Shown here in pieces: positions 57,547 to 64,000 of a stretch of DNA of 64,000 nucleotides. Source of the stretch: an uncultured Thermoleophilia bacterium (GTDB taxonomy: Bacteria > Actinomycetota > Thermoleophilia > UBA2241). The notes below the pieces were generated by a model, which worked only from the letters and a program-made list of their open reading frames with translations, was not told where the DNA came from and searched no databases. Location of the stretch: contig CAVPCT010000002.1 of the NCBI GenBank assembly GCA_963702475.1, positions 96,001-160,000 of the forward strand, read 5' to 3'. Numbering within the stretch: the first letter of the stretch is position 1; each line of letters begins with the position of its first letter. The translations under genes were made by a program, and so were the position numbers.

Positions 57547-58995
57547 ATGACGAGATCCCCGCTCGACCACTCGGACTGGGCGCACGGCGGAGGGACGCGG
57601 GGGCGCCGCGCCGGCGGCGCCCCCGCGTCCGCTGTGCGCCGGGACGAGGTCACGTCGTCGACCCGCCGGACACGACCTGCGGCGGGAACCGCCGGCGACA
57701 GCACCACCGCGCGCGTCACCGCTCGCGGTCGGGCCGCCGGGACTGTCTCGCGGCCCGCGGCGCCGCGGCGCGTCGACGCGCGGCGCCGGGCGGCGGCCCA
57801 CGGCATCCCGGGGCCGGGCGTCGCCGAACGCCGCACGCTCCTGCTCGTGACCTTCCTGCTCCTGCTGTACGGCCTCGTGATGGCCTACAGCGCCTCCGCC
57901 GCGCAGGCTTACTTCCAGTACGACTCCAGCTTCTACTTCCTCAAGCGCCAGGTCGTGTGGGCTCTTCTGGGCGGCGGCGTCATGTTCGTACTCTCGCGCG
58001 TCGACTACGCTTGGTGGCGCAAGGCGGCGGTGCCCGTCGCCGGGCTCGTGGGCATGCTCCTCGTGGCGGTGCTCGTGCCCGGCATCGGGAGCGTCGTGAA
58101 CGGCGCCCGGCGCTGGATCTTCTTCGGCGGCCAGGGCATCCAGCCCAGCGAGCTGGCCAAGCTGGCCGCCGTCGTGCTCGTCGCGACCCTTGTCGTGCGT
58201 CGCCCCAAAGACGTCGAGACGCCGCTCGGCTTCGTCAAGCTGGCCGGCGTCGGCATCGTGCCGCCGGCGCTGCTCATCATGCTGGAGCCCGACCTGGGCA
58301 CCTCGCTCGTCCTGGTGGTGGCCGTGATCGCGGTGCTCGTCGCCGCCGGGGCGAAGCTGCGGTACCTGCTCGCCCTGGCCGTGGTGGGGGCGGCCGGGGT
58401 CCTCGCGCTCATCGTCGTCGAGCCCTACCGTATGGAGCGCCTCACCACGTTCCTCGACCCCTGGAAGGATCCGCAAGGCAGTGGCTTCCAGGCCACCCAG
58501 TCGCTCATCTCCATCGCCTCGGGACGTCTGTTCGGCGTCGGCCTCGGCAACTCGGTGCAGAAGTTCGGCTTCCTGCCCGAGCAGGGCACCGACATGATCA
58601 CCGGGATCATCGGGGAGGAGCTCGGGCTCGCCGGGGTCGTCGTGCTGCTCGCGCTCCTGGCGGCGCTCGCCTGGGCCTGTTTCCGCATCGCTCTCACGTG
58701 CCGCGACCTGTTCGGCAAGCTGTTGGCCACCGGCATCACCGCCATCATCATCGGTCAGGCCTGCATCAACGTCGGCGCCGCCTTCGGGTTGATCCCGCTC
58801 ACCGGCGTGCCGCTGCCGCTGGTCTCACTCGGCGGCACCAGCCTCGTCGTGGTGTTCGCGGGCCTGGGTATCCTGCTCAACATCGCCACCAACCGGAGGA
58901 GCTACATTGTCGTCAGCGCTCAGCGGAAGGACGCTCCTGCTGGCCGCCGGCGGGACCGGCGGGCACCTGCAGCCGGCTCTCGCCGTAGCGGCTGA
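57547..58995 (+). CDS. ftsW: Peptidoglycan polymerase FtsW
   Basis: NGARRWI, QPSELAK, EPDLG, FLPEQGTD, IGEELG, PLTGVPLPLVSLGG. Confidence 0.94.
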   Translation: MTRSPLDHSDWAHGGGTRGRRAGGAPASAVRRDEVTSSTRRTRPAAGTAGDSTTARVTARGRAAGTVSRPAAPRRVDARRRAAAHGIPGPGVAERRTLLLVTFLLLLYGLVMAYSASAAQAYFQYDSSFYFLKRQVVWALLGGGVMFVLSRVDYAWWRKAAVPVAGLVGMLLVAVLVPGIGSVVNGARRWIFFGGQGIQPSELAKLAAVVLVATLVVRRPKDVETPLGFVKLAGVGIVPPALLIMLEPDLGTSLVLVVAVIAVLVAAGAKLRYLLALAVVGAAGVLALIVVEPYRMERLTTFLDPWKDPQGSGFQATQSLISIASGRLFGVGLGNSVQKFGFLPEQGTDMITGIIGEELGLAGVVVLLALLAALAWACFRIALTCRDLFGKLLATGITAIIIGQACINVGAAFGLIPLTGVPLPLVSLGGTSLVVVFAGLGILLNIATNRRSYIVVSAQRKDAPAGRRRDRRAPAAGSRRSG

Positions 58996-60004
58996 GGCGC
59001 AGGTCCGCGGGGCGCGAGTCGTCGTCGTCACCACGCCGTCACAGGTCGATCGCGTCGCGGAGCAGTACCACACCTACGCGCTCGAGCTGGCGGGGTTCGC
59101 GCGGCGTGTGGACGCGCACGCGTACCTGCGCACGGCGCGCCTGCTGCTGGCCGCGGTGCCGCGCGTCTCGCGCATCCTGGCCGAGGTCAGGCCGGACGTC
59201 GCCATGGGCGGCGGCGGGTTCGCCAGCGGTCCCGTGATCGCCGTCGCCGCGCTGCACGGTGTACCGGCACTGGCCACCGAGGCCGACGCCCACCTCGGCG
59301 TCGCCAACCGGTTGCTGCGGCCGTTCGTGCGCCGCGTCTGTCTGAGCTTCCCCATCGCCGGCCTCACACCGCCGAAATACGTGCTCACGGGGCGGCCCCT
59401 GGCGGCGGCGCAGTCGACGGCGACCGCCGAGGAGGGTCGCGAGGTCTTCGGCCTGCGCGCCGACCTGCCGGTGCTGCTCGCCTTCGGCGGCAGCCAGGGG
59501 GCGCAGAGCATCAACCGCGCTTTCGTCGAGGCCTTCGGCGGCCGCGACCTGGCGTGGCAGATCGTGCACGTGTGCGGCCCGAAGAACCACGCCGAGGTGA
59601 GAGAAGCGCTCGAGGCGCGCGGCGAGCGGTTTGAGCGCTACCGTCTGGTCGCCTACACTGACCGCCTGGCCGCCGCCATGGCGGCGGCCGACCTCGTGGT
59701 GGCCCGGTCCGGCGGATCGGTGGCCGAGCTCGCCGCGCTGGGCCGCCCGGCCGTCCTGGTGCCCTACCCGTACGCCACCGCCGACCACCAGCGCAAGAAC
59801 GCGCGCTGGATGGTGGACGGCGGAGCCGCCCTGCTGGTGGACGACGCCGAGCTCGACGGTGAGCTGCTGGCGCGCCTAGTCGGCGAGCTGCTGGCCGACC
59901 GGTCGCGGCTCGCGGCGATGGCGAGGGCCAGCAGGACGCTCGGTCGCCCGGACGCCGCGCAGCGTGTGGCCGACCAGCTTGAAGAGATCGTGAAGCAGAG
60001 ATGA
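58907..60004 (+). CDS. murG: Lipid II GlcNAc transferase
   Basis: AGGTGGH, GGGFAS, FGGSQGA, ELAALGRP, HQRKNA. Confidence 0.95.
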   Translation: MSSALSGRTLLLAAGGTGGHLQPALAVAAEAQVRGARVVVVTTPSQVDRVAEQYHTYALELAGFARRVDAHAYLRTARLLLAAVPRVSRILAEVRPDVAMGGGGFASGPVIAVAALHGVPALATEADAHLGVANRLLRPFVRRVCLSFPIAGLTPPKYVLTGRPLAAAQSTATAEEGREVFGLRADLPVLLAFGGSQGAQSINRAFVEAFGGRDLAWQIVHVCGPKNHAEVREALEARGERFERYRLVAYTDRLAAAMAAADLVVARSGGSVAELAALGRPAVLVPYPYATADHQRKNARWMVDGGAALLVDDAELDGELLARLVGELLADRSRLAAMARASRTLGRPDAAQRVADQLEEIVKQR

Positions 60005-60011
60005 GGGGACG

Positions 60012-61421
60012 ATGAGCGAGGACGCCTTGAAGGACTTCCCACAGCCCGTGCACTTCGTGGGCGTCGGCGGCGCGGGCATGAGCGGCATCGCCACGGTGCT
60101 CCACGCCCTGGGCGTGCGCGTGACCGGATCGGATCTGAAGGCATCGCGGTACACGCGCCGCCTCGTTGATGCCGGCGTGCCGGTCGCCATCGGGCACGAG
60201 GCGGCGAACCTGGGCGACGCCGCCGTGGTCGTGATCTCCTCGGCCATCCCCGAGACCAACCCCGAGGTGCACGCGGCGCGCGCCGCGGGCCTGCCGGTGC
60301 TCAAGCGCGCCGAGATGCTCGCCCGCGTGATGCGCCTGCGGCGCGGCATCGCTGTGGCCGGCACCCACGGCAAGACCACCACGTCGTCGATGATCTCCCA
60401 CGTGCTGCACCAGTGCGGCCTCGCCCCCACCTTCCTCGTGGGCGGCGAGCTCAACGACATGGGCTCCAACGCCGCGGTGGGACAGGGCGAATGGCTCGTG
60501 GCGGAGGCCGACGAAAGCGACGGCAGCCTGCTCTACCTGCGTCCCGAGATCGCCGTGGTGGCCAACGTGGAGCTCGACCACCACGCCAACTACGGATGCC
60601 TCGACGACGTCGTCGAGGTGTTCCGCCGCTTCGTCGCCCTGCTGCCCCCCGATGGCTTGCTCGTCCTGGTGGAGAGCAGCGGCGGCGAGACGCTGGCCGC
60701 GCACACCCAGGCCGAGGTCGTCGTCGTGGGCCTCACGGGCGGCGACCTTCGGGCTCGCATCGAACGAGTCGACGACCGCGGCAGCGAGTTCACCGTCGCG
60801 GAGGACGGCGACGAGCTCGCCCGGGTGACGCTGCGCGTGCCGGGCGAGCACAACGTGCTCAACGCGCTCACGGCGCTCGCCGTGCTGCGCCGCGCCGGCG
60901 TCTCGCCGGAGCAGGCGGCGCCCCATCTCGCGAGCTTCAGCGGTGCGGCCCGCCGCTACCAGGAGCTGGGCCGCCACGACGGCGTGCTGGTGGTGGACGA
61001 CTACGCCCACCACCCCACGGAGATCGCTGCCACCCTGACGGCGGCGCGGCAAGGCGGCCACGGCCGCGTGGTGGCCGTGTTCCAGCCGCACCTGTTCTCT
61101 CGCACCCGCTACCTGCAGCGGGAGTTCGGGCGGGCGCTCACCCTGGCCGACGAGGCCATCGTCACCGACATCTTCCCGTCGCGCGAGGAGCCGGAGCCGG
61201 GCGTCACCGGCAAGCTCATCGTCGATGCGTACCTCGCGGAGCGGCCCGGCGGGCCCGTCCGCTACCTGCCGCGCCTCGGTGACGTCGTGCGGTACCTGAG
61301 CGACCGTGTGCGCCCCGGCGACCTGGTGCTCACGCTCGGCGCCGGCGACGTGTTCCACGCCGGCGAGCAGTTGCTCGTCACGCTCGCCGAGCAAGGGGAA
61401 GGGGCCGCGCGCGGCGAATAG
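60012..61421 (+). CDS. murC: UDP-MurNAc:L-Ala ligase
   Basis: HFVGVGGAGMSGIA, AGTHGKTTT, EADESD, DDYAHHPTE, FQPH, LGAGD. Confidence 0.97.
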   Translation: MSEDALKDFPQPVHFVGVGGAGMSGIATVLHALGVRVTGSDLKASRYTRRLVDAGVPVAIGHEAANLGDAAVVVISSAIPETNPEVHAARAAGLPVLKRAEMLARVMRLRRGIAVAGTHGKTTTSSMISHVLHQCGLAPTFLVGGELNDMGSNAAVGQGEWLVAEADESDGSLLYLRPEIAVVANVELDHHANYGCLDDVVEVFRRFVALLPPDGLLVLVESSGGETLAAHTQAEVVVVGLTGGDLRARIERVDDRGSEFTVAEDGDELARVTLRVPGEHNVLNALTALAVLRRAGVSPEQAAPHLASFSGAARRYQELGRHDGVLVVDDYAHHPTEIAATLTAARQGGHGRVVAVFQPHLFSRTRYLQREFGRALTLADEAIVTDIFPSREEPEPGVTGKLIVDAYLAERPGGPVRYLPRLGDVVRYLSDRVRPGDLVLTLGAGDVFHAGEQLLVTLAEQGEGAARGE

Positions 61422-61458
61422 ACGCGTGTAGTCGTCTACTCCCGCAGAGGGTCGGTGC

Positions 61459-62373
61459 ATGGCCAAAGGAGGCGGAGCGAACCGCCCGCGATTTCGTCTG
61501 CTTCCTACCGTGCTGCTCACGGCGGCCATCCTGCTCCTGCCCACCGCCGTCTACGCCTGGGGCAGGAACTCGAGCTCCTTCACCGTCCGTCACGTCTCCG
61601 TGACCGGCACCGAGGTCGTCCCCGTGGGCAAGGTCACTCGCGTGCTGCGGCGCGACTACCTGGGGAGGAACCTCTTCACGGTGACCGCGAAGGACGTGAA
61701 GGCGACCCTGGAGCCCCTTTCTTACGTGGCCGCCGTCGCCGTCGATAGGGACTTCCCCGGCACGCTCCGCGTGCGCATCACCGAGTACGTGCCCGCACTG
61801 TATGTGTACGCCGGTAAGCGCTGGTACGTGGTGGGCGCCGACGGCCGGGTGATCCTCGAACAGCCGGCGCCGAAGCAGAAGAAGGCCGGCGCCGGCGGGG
61901 GCGACGCCTCGAGCGACGAGGCGCACGCCACGGCCGGCGCGGCCGCGGCTTCGCCTGAGACCACCACGGCTCCCGGCGCACCTGCTCTCAGTGACAAGCA
62001 GGCCCGGCTGCTTGATACGCTCGCCGCCGGGCCGCGCGGCGCCGATCTGAAGCTGCCGCGTATGGCCGTGGCCGGAGAGCTTGGACCGGGCACCGTCACC
62101 GCCGATCGCGGCGTGCGCGCCGCCCTGTCGGTGCTCTCCGGACTTCCGGCCTCGATGCCGGCGCAGATCGCCGTCGTCGAGGCCGACGGTCCTCAGCTCT
62201 CGCTGCGCTTCGCGCGTGGCCCTCTTGTCGCTTGGGGTGACTCCTCGCGCGCGTTCGCCAAGTCCCTCGCGCTGCGTGCCGTGCTCGCGAGGTACGAAGA
62301 CGCCGGCAAGACGTGCGCGTACATGGACGTGTCCGTGCCCGACAGGGTGCTCGCCCGCCCCGTGCTCAAGTGA
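61459..62373 (+). CDS. ftsQ: Cell division protein FtsQ/DivIB
   Basis: TM helix, POTRA-like V--VSVTG...RDFPGTLRVRITEYVP, C-terminal YMDVSVPDR; position before ftsZ. Confidence 0.85.
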   Translation: MAKGGGANRPRFRLLPTVLLTAAILLLPTAVYAWGRNSSSFTVRHVSVTGTEVVPVGKVTRVLRRDYLGRNLFTVTAKDVKATLEPLSYVAAVAVDRDFPGTLRVRITEYVPALYVYAGKRWYVVGADGRVILEQPAPKQKKAGAGGGDASSDEAHATAGAAAASPETTTAPGAPALSDKQARLLDTLAAGPRGADLKLPRMAVAGELGPGTVTADRGVRAALSVLSGLPASMPAQIAVVEADGPQLSLRFARGPLVAWGDSSRAFAKSLALRAVLARYEDAGKTCAYMDVSVPDRVLARPVLK

Positions 62374-62384
62374 TTCCCGCGCCT

Positions 62385-62467
62385 ACCCTCAACCTCGGCC
62401 TCACTGTGTGCTTGAATGAGGTAGAGGGTGCCGAGCGGTTGACGCCCATTTTGGCCTTGAGTAGTGT
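62385..62467 (+). promoter_or_regulatory. ftsZ promoter with upstream inverted repeat
   Basis: TTGACG-N17-TAGTGT (62439-62467); dyad ACCCTCAACCTC...GAGGTAGAGGGT (62385-62429). Confidence 0.6.
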
Positions 62468-62641
62468 AGGTCCACGGTGCGGACTGCGGGGTCGACGGAC
62501 CTGGTTCCGACCGCAAAACCGCCGCAAACATGGGAATTACGCGGAGCTTGACCGGGGGCCTGCAGCGGCCCTCGACCTGTACATGAGAGTCTGTCGGCGA
62601 CCGCGATGGCGAGCCTCGACCGCCACAGGAGGGTCAGCATC

Positions 62642-63736
<1,095 letters not shown>

Positions 63737-63909
63737 GCGGCGGCTCGAACCGCCCCCTTCCGTGGCGCGTCTCAGGGACGTCGACGGGCTGCGCCGGGCT
63801 CCAGGACGGACCTCAGCGGACCCTGCGCGGCGTGAGTTGCACGGGCCATGTCCGTCGGGTAGTGTGTACCGCCTGACGGCCCAAGAAGGTCTTCGGGCTT
63901 GAGGACTCC

Positions 63910-64000
63910 ATGAAGAGACACAGAAACCTCATCATCATGCTCGTGATGGCCGCCCTTGTGGTGGTCTCGCTGTACTACATCATCCCGCCCAGCGAGAAGA
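63910..64000 (+). CDS. 5' end of a membrane protein, possibly SecD (truncated by window edge)
   Basis: RBS GAGGA; MKRHRNLIIMLVMAALVVVSLYYIIPPSEK is a basic N-terminus plus TM helix. Confidence 0.4.
   Translation, partial: MKRHRNLIIMLVMAALVVVSLYYIIPPSEK

Overview
High-GC bacterial chromosomal segment. Gene content (fused PafBC, LysM/pyrF next to a dcw cluster without ftsA, SigF/SigB-like promoters) suggests a deep-branching actinobacterium such as Thermoleophilia; this is inference only. Positions 1-23 kb are an accessory stress, DNA-repair and signalling region: rmuC end, di-iron hemerythrin, two MFS transporters, cupredoxin, NERD-helicase, two FmdB zinc ribbons, IPT/TIG surface protein, AhpC, SWIM protein, UvrD-like helicase, GAF-GGDEF, a broken PAS/HD-GYP gene, DAG kinase, TMEM175, AlkD and a GAF-SpoIIE phosphatase. 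Positions 22-33 kb are the most interesting block. A PLP racemase is translationally coupled to two tandem non-pyrrolysine MttB methyltransferases and faces a D-ornithine/D-lysine decarboxylase (DokD)-like gene across a highly structured ~350-nt spacer, with PafBC, LarA and an APC permease downstream. Positions 35-39 kb hold an Rrf2-cysK-moeB/thiF-larE-cysE sulfur operon. Positions 40-64 kb are mostly housekeeping: DUF211/VIT pair, pcrA, crotonase, otsB, pyrF, LysM, and the dcw cluster mraZ to ftsZ. Many single-base frameshifts, even in ftsI and rsmH, point to long-read consensus errors rather than true pseudogenes. No rRNA, tRNA, CRISPR array or transposase was recognised. All family calls come from motif recognition by eye; no database searches were run.
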